Source of the DNA: Magallana gigas
Lineage: Eukaryota
Direction: 5' to 3'
Length of the DNA stretch: 64,000 bases
NCBI RefSeq assembly: GCF_963853765.1
Contig: NC_088858.1
Span: forward strand, 9,238,001-9,302,000
This document shows, piece by piece, positions 1 through 13,741 of the stretch (position 1 is the first letter of the stretch; every line of letters starts with the position of its first letter). The notes under the pieces are model-generated. The model did no database searches. It worked only from the letters and a program-made list of their open reading frames with translations, and was not told the origin of the DNA. Made by a program: the position numbers and the translations under genes.

Positions 1-3000
1 ACGCCGAATACTCTCATCAAAAGGGTGGGCCTTCCCATCCGACAATGTAGGTAAAACTAAAAGTCACATCGTAAAATATCAAACCAAACGAAAAGCTATG
101 GAAAATACAAATTGCTGACAAAATTAATTTGCAAGGCATTGAGTCATAATGAAAATTTACAGGAATTGTCTCTCTGCAAGGTTTGCCTAAAGAGCTTGCT
201 CTGTTAAATCTTCACTTTACCTTCCACTTTGGTTTTCCTACAAATACACCGCACTGTGTGAGTCAAAGTTGTTAACAGCAAATACTCTTTGTGTACACAG
301 AAGGAGGTACAGTTTGAAGCAATCTGAAAAAAAAAGGATCAAATACTGTAAACTCCTGATTAAACGCGAGGAATTTATATCCGCATAAAATCGCGAAAAG
401 CACCTCTTGCAGATTTTTAAACCTCTTCATTATATTTTGAGAGTTGGGAACTATAGGAAATATGAATAAATGTTCCACGTTTGTCATTTTATATTATTGC
501 GATTTGATACAAAACAGCGGGACCGCGGATTTAAGTACTCGCATATTATAAGATCTTTTACAGTAACAAATATCATTTATTTATGATAAAAACGTTCACA
601 AAAAAATTGTGGACTGTTCCTCCATGAAGTTTATTGTTGCTGACTGGGTTTAAGCTTACCTCTGTGTTGTTGACATAAAACCTGTATCGACTAGTAAGCC
701 CCAGCACAACTCTCTGAAATAGACCAGTCCAATTGAATTTTACGTATAAACACATCCTCAACCAAAGTTTAAATTAAGAGCAAAAAATCTTCATTTCAAT
801 TTTTTAAAAATACATTTGTATAGAGTATTCACATATAACAGCTTGAAAAATACATATCACCCAACTACGTCTATCTTAAACTTCATAATTTACAAACATA
901 AGACCAAGTAGAAAACAAATTAGCATTAGCATTTATTAATCAGGAAAATTTATAAAATCATCCTTATTATATAGCCTGTGTGTCTTTATAATAGAATGGT
1001 AGTTAGATTAATAAATACTGGCTGCCGGTATATTACTTGTTCTCCAATAGTACATAGGGCCATCTGTTGACATGGTATAGGGAAGGACAACTCCTCTCCA
1101 GAACTCAATTCCCAAGGCATAATCAAATCAGATCCTAGTACAAAATAGATTGTCATTCATTAAAGTGTTTGTCAAGATCTTTTATTTGTAACAATGCATC
1201 ATGATATATTTAGATATTTTTTAAAGAAAAAATGTGATATCTACCGAAAAAATGGTGATATATGTACACACATGTACCAATATTGAGTAATGTATCATAA
1301 AAGAATTCCATACAGGTACAAGGTATAACAAATTAATAATTATAAAGGATTCAGTCTTTATTGACTGAAAATCATCTGCTAGTTGTATGGGTATCTTATC
1401 TAATTAAGATTACACCTACCAATATCAAACTTCAGAACAAAGCCATCACTGAGTTGTACAGCTAAAACAGAATCCTCAGATTCAGGGTCACAACTCATCG
1501 TGTAGACTGAACCGTCCACCAGTGTCTGCGATCTGTATCAAATCAACAACCAAAATACTGTCAATTGGAAAATAATCACGATGGTTTTCATTTTTCTATG
1601 TCCACGATTTATCGTTTTCCAGCGAAATTAAACCCATTGTGAATACTATCATTGGTTTTCAAATACGTTTCAATGCTTATATTCTGATCAATTGATTTTC
1701 TAGCAGCATGAAATTAAAATCATTGCAATTAGTACTTTATTAGAAATCGTGAAATATTAACACCATGGAATTAAAACGACTTACAGTATCTCAGTCATTA
1801 CTCTTCAAAGTTGAATTGCTCAGTAATTCAAAATCCCAAAACTAACAATGACCCTGTAAGAGATTTTAATGACAACATTCCAGAAGGCTGATAAAGTGAA
1901 GTTACCTGACAACTAAACTTTCTCCATCGAATTTACAGGAGTACAGAGTGGAATGCTGGGATCTTTGGGGATCGACGCAACAAAGGAGAACCTGCTCAGG
2001 GCTGTACCAAATGACATGGTGAACCAGCTTAGATAGCTGTGAGGTTTGAAATAAGCCAGTTATCCTAAAAGGAGAAACAAACATTTGGTAAACCTATTCA
2101 ATAACACCATAACAAACTAATTTAATTCATTTACATGTAAATCCATTATTTATGTAAAATTCACCTAAAGATGCCTTCAAGTTTTGGAGTTTTACAGCAT
2201 GTCTGAAAACTATTGCCTCCAGCACCGTCTAGTTTGACACTTTCCTCCTTGGTGTCAATGTCTTTCACAAAGAAAAATGTAAATACATATCATTTAACCA
2301 CACATGTATGAACATACATTAATGTATTCACAATAGATGACTTTTAACACAAGTGCTTCAATTTCTGACTTTTTTTTTTATTTATGTTTACTAGGTTTTT
2401 ATGTATATGATCATAAAAATCAAAGAATTTTATATTACATACAGTGTATTTATCATTCTTACCATTTTTTTGGGAAAACAAAATTTTCTTTTCATATTTT
2501 CACACTGATGTATTGATACCAAAACTCTTACCTTTAAATCTGTACACCGCCACTCTTCCATCATCCAGCAAGACAAGAACATCATCTGTGTTTCCATGAC
2601 AACAAAATGACACAAGATTGACAGGAGCAGGAAGCTGTAGGTAGTAGGCAGACATTGGGGGAGGGACCACTAACTGTCGAAAAGGAGTCATCAAAAGTCG
2701 ACCTGAAAAAAAATTATGACAAACATTCTATTCTAATCAAATCATTTGAAACACACAGTTAATCTTGTGTATGCTTTTTGACCATATTGGCCATTGATAA
2801 CCAACTCATTGTACTTTTTTTCATGAGTAATTCATGAAAAAATCAATTGGCTCATTCAGCCCTTTGTGAGGAAAATCTCATAAATCACATAAAATCAAAC
2901 ACATGCATTTATAGAGAAGCAAGATTTTCATAGTTTGATTTTCATTTTATATCTCCTCCATGTAAGTGTTATATCAGAGAATTTGAAAATTAATATAATC

Positions 3001-6000
3001 CAGTTTAATATTTGACATTGTTTTAATACTTACATGTATGATTTTGATTTAAATTTCAAAAAGCAGTTATTATTAGATAAAAATCAAAATTCCCTCCTGT
3101 AGATTGATTTATACACTTAATATGTAGTTCTTACTTCCGTCAATGACCGCAATGAGAGCGTTGTTGCTGCTGTGTGTTGCCCAGTGCCAGGTACACTGTA
3201 GGTATTTCCCACTGTTACACAAAACATGAAGGCGATACACATGTTCTGGGTCCCAGGTAAGGGAACTAACTCTGTCCTCCTCAAAAGGGATGCTTTGTTT
3301 CAGGTACCAATGATAGTTGTTCATACTCCATAGCTGAACTAAGTAAAAATAATTTTGCACCAATTCAGAATTATTATGGATGTCATGAAGCTATACAGTG
3401 AGAATGTCTGAGTTAATATGAAAAACAGAAAGTGTGCAGTTTACATGTACCTGTATTTTATGAATCATATAAATAGTTATACATGTACTTTGTACTATAG
3501 TGGTGATGGACAGATTTTTAACTTGCAACATCTAAAATTTTACATCACTTTATCATTGTTCAATTAATATTTCAAATGTCACAGTCTACAGGTTAATGCA
3601 TTTGTCTAGATATATACTACATGTATTGTATACATAAATATTCCACCTACTATATGACTTGGGATTAACTTTTGAGTCCTCTGTTACCATGTCTTCACAC
3701 CACAGGGCCAATACAGTGGAATCAGAATTCCACAGTAGTTCTTTTACCTTACAAATAGAATGAAAGAAAATTTGTTTTCAAAGATATTTAAAAAAAAAAT
3801 GTAAAATCGAACTTCAAAATTTCAAGTTAATTAAGCAACACATTATTATACAGTATAATAATAAGATGTAGCTTTTCTAAATACTGGTTACCGTACATGG
3901 AAACTTTCGTCCTAATTTGCCTTTCATCATTGTGAACTAGTTTGAAAACTGCAAGTTACTTATTTTTTATCATGGCTAAAGCAGGGCAAATTTGAATCAA
4001 AGCAAAATCTTTTATAATTGTGATTAAGAATAGTTCTTGTACTTAACCAAAGTTGCAGCTAGTGTACATATCAACAAAGTTCATGAATAACTCTATCACA
4101 GTTTTAATAGTAAACTGCCAGAAACAATGGTAAAGACATTGGGTCAACTCTTATACCTGTACATCTTTAACACCAAATGGCAAAGAAAATTCTCCATGAC
4201 GAAGGCCATTCTTTTCAAAGAAAACCACGTCATGCTTATTGGGCTTTCTTTGGGTTGATGCAATAAGACTTCCAGAGGGTCTACAAATTAAAAGAAACCC
4301 TTATTCTCATATGATCACCTCAAAACCCAATCAGGCAATGAAATTACAAAATAAGTTATATGAATACTCATGATGAAGATACTGCATACTGTAAATTTTT
4401 TATTTTACGCGAGTACATGTACTTAATTCCGTGATTCTGCTGTTTTGCATCAAATCACGAAAATATAAAATCGCGAGCACCATTTTTTTGTAAAGGGTTC
4501 ATATAGCTCAAAACTGTCTGGAAAATAAGAGCGAGATTTTAAAATCAGCGAGGACCTCTTCTCGCAATTTTACACGGAAATTAATTCCTCGCATTTAATT
4601 AAGAATTTACAGTATACTAATACATGTATTTGTAACAGAATGGGAAATATAATGATGAAGCAGACTGGGATTCGAACCCAAGTCCCCTGAATCTATATTC
4701 AGGTGCTCTACCAATGGAGCTTATCTGGTGTAAGTTTTTGAACTGGTCTGACCATCACACATTCATTCAAACAAAAAACTCACCTCCAAGCAAGTGCTTG
4801 CTCAATGGCGTCCACATTCTCACTGGTTGACTGGTGCCCACACTCTCTGTTCCAAACTCGAAGCTTTCTAGCACCTGGACAGAAAGTCAATACATCAAAC
4901 AATCTTTTGTATATTTATATCCCTTACAAGTATTACAATGAATGTGTTAGCAACTTTAGACGAGGTCCATTATGAACCAGTTTAGATAGAGACATTGACA
5001 GTTACTCATTTTTGAAACCTTCAATAAATCATATATATATATAATTTTGTTAAAAACTACTGCAGTACTGAAATGTAATCAACAGTTCACAAGTTTTAAT
5101 CTTCATGCCACATAATATGTACATAAACATGTAGTCTAAGACTAAAAAAAATACAATGTAGTAGTAGCAGTTCAAAAAAATTGAACTTACATGTTAAATT
5201 AATGTTTATTCTTTGGAAGTCCAGAAACCAACTAAATAAATCTATATGTACAGTATTTTATTTCTTTACTTTAGTCTTTATCAGTCGTTATGTACATATT
5301 ATACTTGTACCTGAATACACACCTGTATTTCGACATATTGAACTGACAACAAAGTATTGTCCATCTCCTCGCCAGCTTATCCTGGGATGTTTATCATCCC
5401 AAGGTAGAGCTGCTTGAATCGCCTTAAAGGGAAGAAAAAAAACTTCCATCCTTTGTCACCACAGAAAAATATCATCATATCGCAATAAACATGTATGGTT
5501 GATTATTTTTTGACATGGAATAATTTACCTCACTCTTCTGTTTAGCTGCTTCTTTTCCCAGTGAACCATGAAATTGTGTCTCCTTCTTACCCCAACCAAC
5601 ATTCACAAATTCCTCTGAAAAGTTAATAAAGGAATTGACTAGCAAGAGAATATTTCATGTAGGAAGTAATTTTGGGTTTTAATTTTTGCTTTTTTTGACC
5701 AATAAGAACAAATTCTCAAAATCACATTGCAAAAATCAAGCTTGTGCATTACAATCATACATGTAACTTAATAAACATGAACATTTCTCACCTGCTCCAA
5801 AACTATCTGGGTGAATGGATTTTTCAGTAATTGGATCAAATTCTCTTGTCATCATAATCAAGGTGTCTTGACCTATAAATTTAAAAACGTTTACATTCTC
5901 TTAAATTCAGCATAGATACATTTTCATCTTATTGCTTTATTAACAAATCTATGATAATAAAAAAGCCAGTAAAGGATATATCACTTCTCACATCATAGGA

Positions 6001-6724
6001 AAAAGTACTAGTAGATGAAAAAAGTTATAAAATATAGAATATAGATTTGTGGAAATTATTTCAATGTATCCCGGTACACTTTGTACAAGAAATACCCTGC
6101 CTTAAGATACAGTATTTAGCTATCAAAATTTGTTCACTCTTTTTTAAATCTTTAATATTTTTTTCCATTGCAGCGATGTGTCACATGTCAGAAAATTAGT
6201 ACCTACGTACCTGTCGCTAAAACCAGAATTTCCTGATCCGGACTCCATGACATTGCCCTGATGCCACTACCAACATCCCCAACGTTCTCTATCACTCCCG
6301 ACGCTACATTCCACAATAACACACTCCCTGTATCTGTGGCCACACACACAGACTGCTGGTCAGGGAGAAACTCCATCCCAACGATCTTATTGACTCCATC
6401 TGGTGGAAGCTCATCACACTGATCAAGTCTGACACTACCAATAACCTACAAAAGTAACAGAAAATAAAATAAAAACATCAAAATTAATAAAATTTAAATC
6501 GACATAAAACTAATAAGAATGAATACAATATTTCTAAAATGGGGATTATTGATGGAGAAAAAAATTATGCTGACCTGTTCATTTTGTGGAGAAAGTCCTA
6601 CAATAGTAGCAGGTGAGGCAGCAAACACATTGCCCGAGTCATAATCAACACAAACACACTGTGCTCCTTGAAATTCTCCACCAGCATCCACTTGTCTTAC
6701 AGAGAGTAACTCCAGATTCCGCAT
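1..6724 (-). CDS. ELP1: Elongator complex protein 1 (IKBKAP), N-terminal ~673 codons; gene continues beyond the left edge
   Basis: Coding exons with GT-AG boundaries and continuous frame: 6724-6575, 6445-6211, 5872-5792, 5614-5529, 5422-5323, 4874-4784, 4280-4157, 3747-3651, 3338-3135, 2702-2532, 2261-2165, 2064-1906, 1532-1420, 1134-1037, 713-660, 323-221, 56-1. The translation contains ELP1 hallmark segments [80 protein letters not shown] and [15 protein letters not shown]. Confidence 0.97.
343..565. mobile_element. MITE with TACTGTAAA...TTTACAGTA termini, copy 1
   Basis: Terminal inverted repeats. The internal sequence (ttaaacgcgaggaatt...ccgcataaaatcgcga) matches 6990-7209 closely and, in reverse, 4387-4614 and 8539-8689. 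Confidence 0.8.
4387..4614. mobile_element. Same MITE family, opposite orientation
   Basis: Termini tactgtaaa / tttacagta; internal sequence is the reverse complement of 343-565. Confidence 0.75.
4631..4729 (-). mobile_element. tRNA-derived SINE-like element in an ELP1 intron
   Basis: Minus strand reads accagataagctccattggtagagc (A-box-like) ... gggttcgaatccc (B box), followed by a non-tRNA tail ending tgttaca. Confidence 0.7.
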
Positions 6725-6989
6725 TCTGACGTTGATTCTTGTAAATCTAAAATGAAGACAAGAGGCATGCCTGTTGGTCAAATTGCTCACCTGAGCTACA
6801 ACTTCACAAATTCATACATTGACTCTCTTCTAACATCATGCTCCTATCCTGGACCATCAATTATTTTATCTAAGAAAGCTTTCCTTTATTTTTAATGTGT
6901 TTTTAATGAAAACTTTTTTTGGGATCATTACTCATCTAGCCTATTCCATAAATTGTTATGATTATAAATACAAACTCTTCAATTGAAGC

Positions 6990-7209
6990 TACTGTAAATT
7001 CCTAATTAAACGCGAGGAATTAATATCCGCATAAAATCGCGAGAAGCATCCTTCGCGGATTTTAAAATCTAGCCATTATTTCTGAGAGTTGAAAACTATA
7101 AGAAATAAGGAGAAAAGTTCAACGTTCGCGATTTTATATTCTCGCGATTTGATACAAACCAGCGGGATCGCGGAATTAAGTGCTCGCGTAATATAAGGAA
7201 TTTACAGTA
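6990..7209. mobile_element. Same TACTGTAAA MITE family
   Basis: TIRs present; high similarity to 343-565. Confidence 0.8.
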
Positions 7210-7296
7210 TTACTGATTGTGAATCAGATTATGGTCTCGAATTTTACAAATGCAAATGTTTAAGAATTTTTTTTTTTTAGATTTTCCCTTCATAAA

Positions 7297-7783
7297 TAGC
7301 TGCAGATCTGTAGCTCCCAGTCTGAAAAAATTCGGATGGACGACCTATACAATGATGCACCATGCACCCATTGAAAATTTGTGTATTTATTGCGCACAAA
7401 AACGTGTGCTGGTTTTGGATTGATTAACCTTATTTATATGCAAATTGAAATGTGAAGACAATTAGTACAATTAAATTCTTCAGGCAATTTACTACTAACT
7501 ATTATCATCTTGTTACTTGTCTCAGACTTTCTCCAGAACACGCTACTGACCCTGGAAAATAAAGTACGTTAAATTTACATCGAGATTGAGAGTCGCCATT
7601 TTTATATGTAAACAAACTGCACCACTTCACTTCACCGGGCTGGTGATGGTGTTTATAAGATAATATCAGTAGTAAATTGCATGAAGAATAAAATGGTACA
7701 AATTTTTTCAATGGGTGGTACTGTAGCTCACAGGTCCTAAATCCGAATTTTTTCCAACCTGGAGCTACAGACCTGCAGCTACC
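7297..7783. mobile_element. Non-autonomous TIR element (~490 bp)
   Basis: Left end agctgcagatctgtagctcc...aaaaaattcggat is the near reverse complement of the right end atccgaattttt...ggagctacagacctgcagct. Confidence 0.6.
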
Positions 7784-8538
7784 AAATATATTATTATAAT
7801 ATAAAATTCACATCTCAAATGGTCTTATGATACTGCTTTCTAGCAAAGTACACATTTTAATTCAGTTAATTTGTTCTAAAACTACATGATGTCATACATG
7901 TGAATCATTTGAAAAAAAATACAAAAGCTTAAATTTGAATAATTTCACTTAAAACTGGTAAAGTGATTTTATTTATAAGGACTATCAACAACAATGTAAA
8001 TGACAGATTTAGATATGTAAGTAATTCAAGCAATGTGTCTAAATTTTGGGATGTTACCACTAGTGTTGTAAAATCGAACCAATTTTACTATCGATAATCA
8101 AATTGAATCGGCAGCTCACAATCGATTATAAAATCGATTATGTAGACTTTCAAATTCCAACAAACTGAGTGAAAGATACCAGCATCAAACAAAATACGTT
8201 TTTTTATTTTTTATTTATAATTCATAATTATAGTTTTTTTTTTATGAACTTATCTTCAAATGAATTAAATATACTTAGGTACTAACCTAGGGCAAAATTT
8301 TAATTTAAATTGGATAAGAAGCATGTCAATAAAAATAAAACAACTTTTAAAATATGTAAAACCTTCTCCGATTTGCTAAATTTAAAAGATCTAATACATT
8401 CATACATCTTATACATTTAATGTTTTGTAATTCTGTGAGTCAAATGACAAATCAAAACAGTCCATGTACTTCTGTGTATTTTGGAGGTATTAGTGCAACC
8501 CTTTGACCCAATTACAACCGTTATGCAGCGGAACTCTT

Positions 8539-8689
8539 TACTGCAGATTCCTTATTTTACGCGAGTACTTAATTCCGCGATCTAACTGTTTTTCATCAAA
8601 TAGCGAGAACATTAAATCATGAACGAGATGTGATTCTCGCGATTTTACGCGAATAATAATTCCTTGCTTTTAATTAGGAATTTACAGTA
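8539..8689. mobile_element. Internally deleted copy of the TACTGTAAA MITE
   Basis: Shares ttttacgcgagtacttaattccgcga and the right end aattaggaatttacagta with 4387-4614. Confidence 0.65.
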
Positions 8690-10200
8690 ATTTTGAAGAC
8701 AACTGTAAACAAACGGTTTTCTGATTATTTTAGCAATAATTTGGCAGTATTATTAACAAATTACAACTTTCCAACTATAATTGTAATATCAGCATGAAAA
8801 GTAATAAACATCGGTTGTAATTTTCAAAGCACAGTATCACCCGTTTTTATAACCCATGAAAATAAGACAGTCGCAAGTTACTATTCACCATAGGGGTAAA
8901 CTGAGCATGTGAAAGCGTCTTATGAATTTTATAATTATCATTTATTGCCTTTGGGTTTAATTAACACGATCGTAAACTCAGAATACAAGGCGACTTCAAC
9001 TTCTCTTTCGGAGGAAATTCCAGCGAAGTTACCTATCACAAAGCAAGTCACCCCTATGTTGGTCACTGTATAATACTTCTGTCCTTTTGTGGATATTGTT
9101 ATGCAATTCAAAGTTATCTGTCACGTGACTGAATTTTAGCCACTATCGATGATATAAACTTACTATCGATTGTCGGCAACTTGCTGCCTTCAGCGACAAT
9201 TTTTCGATAGTCAGATTTCAATTGCACTTCTTTAACAGGTATGTGTATTTTTATTAAGAATTGTCCAAATAAGCATCACAAATATCTTGAGACAGACTAT
9301 ACCAGAACTGTTCAAAATTAGCTATGTGGTTCTTAAGAAAAGGTTGATAAACGAAGCTTACACGCCAGTCTAAATGCAATGTTAAGCTTTCAGTTTAGGA
9401 GAAAAAGCCTTTATAAGCAGGCAAACACACACCAAGGATTGTAGACATACACTATAGGCCTATATGTATATATACACTCATTCTATTTCTTATTAGATTG
9501 AAAACAAATAGCCTACTACTTCATATAGCATATAAAACGTTTAGTTAAAACAGGGCCGTATATACTTGGTTAGTATATACGTCCCTGGTAAAAAAAAAAA
9601 TCAAACGGTCTAAACACTCACATCAATATATGGTATTCATCAAATCAATATAAATATTTCATCATGCAATGCTCATGGGCGCAGCCATCTTTGCAACGCA
9701 TTAGGAAATCCTCGATTTATACCCATCTCAAATAGTCTTAATTACCGAGGGTTACCGAAAAATCACAGGTGTCATTCATTTCGTTTCTTTGTTGTTTAGG
9801 TCCCAACGTATAATTATAAGTAATCACATTAACTAACGACCAGAAGACTTTTGCTTCCGTTACGCAATAATTGATAGTTTTTTATTTAATCTTGAGAAAG
9901 ATTTCCAGCAGTTTATGAATATGAAAAGGAGGTAAAAAATTGACAGACCATTAAAATAGGAAGCCGTAATAAGGTAGATTAAAACAGACGCGGAACCGTT
10001 TGGATCGAAAGTGAAAGAAGACGCTGACATGTGGCTGAAGAGAAACTTTTAAGTTTTACAAGGGTATGTCTATAATCAAGCATTAGATGTTTGAAAAAAG
10101 AAGTAATTATAATATGCTGAACAATGTAGTGCAACTGGTCGCGTAAATAGATAGATTAATTAAGATTGGTGACATCACAGTACTTACACCAGTTTTATAC

Positions 10201-10651
10201 TGTCCCGAGTTTTTGCTTCCACCACTTTTTGCTTGATATTTCAATAATAGTAAACACATTTGTGCTCAAAATACGTTCATCTACTAATATGGAAAATGTC
10301 CAGATTATCTGTTTTGAAACGCCCCCTCTATCGCTTCAGGTTTCAATACACATCCCAAAATACAAAGTTTACGGAGATTTTGCATTGCATCAGCCATTAA
10401 TAAGCCCGGATGATAACGTTAAAAAATAGCGCGAGGTATCCCGAGTATTTCCGAATGGAGAAAAGATGTAAACATATCCTTTTATAAATCTACGTAAGAA
10501 AATTGTTTTCGTTCGTGTGAAATTTAATGATTGTTCAATGAAGATATCTTGGATATATTCCCTTCCATCGATTTCAATTGTATTTCTTTCACAGGTATGT
10601 TTATTTTTATTAAAAATCATCAAAAATTGATGGAAGCAATAACTTGGGACA
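10201..10651. mobile_element. ~450-bp MITE (TGTCCCGAGTT...AACTTGGGACA), copy A
   Basis: TIRs present; colinear over its full length with 54284-54740. Confidence 0.8.
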
Positions 10652-10799
10652 TACTATAAAACATGTCTTTCAAGTCACATTTCACAACGGCCAATATTTA
10701 TTAACATTTTGGTAACACATGCAGTGGAATTATTGCACTGCAGGTTTTTAAAAAGGTATTTATTTATAGTTTAACATTGTAAGTGAGTATGTTCTTACC

Positions 10800-11650
10800 A
10801 ATACATGGCTACCCCCTAGCTGCAATAATATAGCCCTCTCCGATTTGTTTATATCTGATGTTTACGGGAGAGGGATACAATTCCACAGGATCTCCGTAAT
10901 GGTGCAAAATTAATTTTTTAATGCGGCTTACTTTGGTCTGAAAAGATTGATTTTAAATTTGACTTCCTTTAGATAAAATGATTTTTTAATTCAGGTTAAA
11001 CAAACTAACCATAACGTTAATATAAATCAAAACCAGATAAAACACATCAGCATGTTTACCAGTCGTCTTTTTCAGCAGCCATGACAGTTCTCGCGTGATT
11101 TTATGGGAATCACGCTTGGAGTTTTGATGTGTTGATAACGTGAATGTCAGTGTAAATAATCGATCTTACCTTGTTCTATCACTAAAACATCATTTAAGGA
11201 AATGGTATATAATGAAAAATTCATATTTACCGCGTTAATTATGTTTAAAATAGGGGAATTCCTATATTCAGTTCAAGATCCGCTCCTGAATTTGCTGTCC
11301 TAAGATAAAACCGGTCAAGGTCAGTAAACATGGCGGACAAATTCAACTTGCGTTGTTGACATACACGAAAAATAACCGATATTTGGACTGTACTTGATAT
11401 TTTTGGATTAATTTATGCCATAGACATCTACATTTGAGCTCAGGTAAGAAATGCAAATGTTATTGTCATTTATATACGATTTGAGACGAAATCGTTGCGG
11501 GAGTGACTCACTCCCACACTTGCACCATTACAGAGATCCAATGAAGTTGTAGCCCTACCCCCCCCCCCCCCAAAAAAAAAAAATCGAGAGAGTGCTACAT
11601 AATTGCAGCTAGGCTACCCCTTGGCTAGCGCAGATGCCCCCTAGCATGTT
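10800..11650. mobile_element. Putative non-autonomous element with subterminal inverted repeats
   Basis: ctagctgcaataatatagccctctccgattt (~10817-10848) is the near reverse complement of aaatcgagagagtgctacataattgcagctag (~11581-11612). Boundaries are approximate. Confidence 0.45.
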
Positions 11651-12238
11651 TCAGATTTTTGACAAAATCGAAAACTGCTGTTCAGATGGTTACATGCTGA
11701 ACAATATTTAAGGCTAATCACCCCAAACTTCGAATTCACATTAATAAACAATTGTTATGCAACTTTAAATCATTAAAAAAGCTTGCCGATAGAATAAACA
11801 CAAACTGTTACTTACTTTTACGATCTAAACTCCTCTATTTGCAAGAGTCTTGAACTGGTCCGTTAAAATCCCGTGAATGACGTATTTAGACGTTCGTAGG
11901 GTTATTGAGCTTTTCGTTAATATAAAAATCTGAAAGGCTCCGATTATGCTAATAAGGCTGTGAGGTGTGTGTGTGGAATTAGCAACGACACACTGCAGCT
12001 TTTTAATATTTGGCATATTAAATGTACAAATACATAATTATTGCATAAAGCTGATTTATTTAATTCTGAAAAATTTTAACTTTCCACTGTACATATCGTA
12101 CTAAACTTGTATTTAACACCTGGGAGCAATTCTTTGTATAGCCTTGCTAATAAACCGGTTCTTAAGAACCAGGTGACACAAACAGGTATTCGAATGTAAA
12201 CCTTATATTTCCGGATAATTGATTCATTATTATACCAA

Positions 12239-12406
12239 CAGGGTTGTCTCTAAAAATTGAAGTAGAAGGGAGAAATAAAAAAAGTAGAAGGGGGTCTGGA
12301 GGTCTAGCTTATAGCTAGATTGTGTTTGAAATGCAATAATAGCCGGGTAATTACGTCACTTTAGGCGGGGAAATTCCCCGCCTCCCGGGTCTTAGAGACA
12401 ACCCTG
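12239..12406. mobile_element. 168-bp MITE, hAT-like termini, 6-bp target duplication
   Basis: Perfect 15-bp TIR cagggttgtctctaa / ttagagacaaccctg, flanked directly on both sides by TACCAA. Confidence 0.75.
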
Positions 12407-12670
12407 TACCAAGTAGAAATTGATTTCTGTGTAATTTGTCCCTCAAATGAAAGAAATTATATGGGCTGAAATCAGTTTATCGATCTGTTGAAACCCTCAG
12501 TAACCTAAGAAAAATCACAGAATGCACGAAATAATCATGATTATGTCTGGCTCAAATTCCCATACTAGTATGTGAGGACTTGACTATTTCTTTTATCTGC
12601 GTACTTTTTTACCTTCTCTTTATGAATAATTCAATAATTTATTACAAGAAAAATGTAAATAATATGTGTT

Positions 12671-12675
<5 letters not shown>

Positions 12676-12746
<71 letters not shown>
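12676..12746. repeat. (GA)n microsatellite, ~35 units
   Basis: Read directly from the sequence. Confidence 0.99.
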
Positions 12747-12749
<3 letters not shown>

Positions 12750-12996
12750 ATTATATAATATTTCTATGTTTGTAATAAAATCTTACAAAATACATAAATT
12801 TGCTTTCTTCTAAAACTGTTCTTTACTTTTAGGGAGAATTGATCAGTCTGTAAAATGTAATTTGATTTTATCAAAAGTGTAAAAGATAAATATTATTTTT
12901 CTTTTCTACCTTGTTGCTTTCTGACTTTTATTTGTTTTTTCCTGGTTCATAATTTTTTTTTTATTTGTTTATTTTTGCATTTTGAATACATACGTT

Positions 12997-13547
12997 GTAT
13001 CCGTGCCCCCCTTTCCTATTTTTCTTATTTTTTTCATGAAATAAAAAAACTAAATGAATTTTATTGCCTAAAAATGTGAATAGAATTTGTTGTAGAACAG
13101 TAATTTTGATTATAAAAAACAATTTTCTATACCATTATTCTGACAGTTGCTGAAACAGTACAAATCTTTTTTTGAAAATACCAATGGATGAATCTGATAA
13201 AAATTGGATTAGAAATAAGATATGATTTAGTAATATCAACAGAGTTTTGTTTTTTCTTTGGTGACTGATCAAATTACGCTGATCAGGCTGATCATTGTCA
13301 TTCTTTTATTCGTGAATTAATTTCCGAAGAAACAGAGAACAAATAATATTGTATCCGTGCCCCTGGTTCCTGTTTTTCTTATTTATTTTCATTTAATAAA
13401 AAAACAAAATTAGAAATAAGATATAATTCAGTAATTTCAACGGAGTTTAATTTTGTTGTTTCTTTGGCGACTCATTAAATTACGCTGATTACGGTCATTC
13501 TTTTACTCGTAAATTAATTTCAAAAGAAACAAGGAACAAAAAATATT
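12997..13547. repeat. Degenerate local tandem duplication, two units
   Basis: Units start tgtatccgtgcccc at ~12997 and ~13350 and share aattacgctgat...cattcttt...cgt..aattaattt...agaaaca...aacaaa..atatt. Confidence 0.6.
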
Positions 13548-13741
13548 AAGGAAATTTATTCATTAAATTATCAATAGTTTTACTTTACAATTGACAGTTT
13601 TTTTAAGAGACAAAAAATTTAATAACTAATGTTTGATTATAGATATACATTGTACTGGAATATTATTCCACACAGTACAGGTTTAAATAAGCATTTCACA
13701 ATACCTAAATATCGTCTTATAATTGAATCTACATTTGCAAA

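Noticed and set aside
272-487. Short ORFs at 272-487, 7505-7711, 10166-10623 and 54148-54680
   Set aside because: They lie within MITE copies; no coding features.
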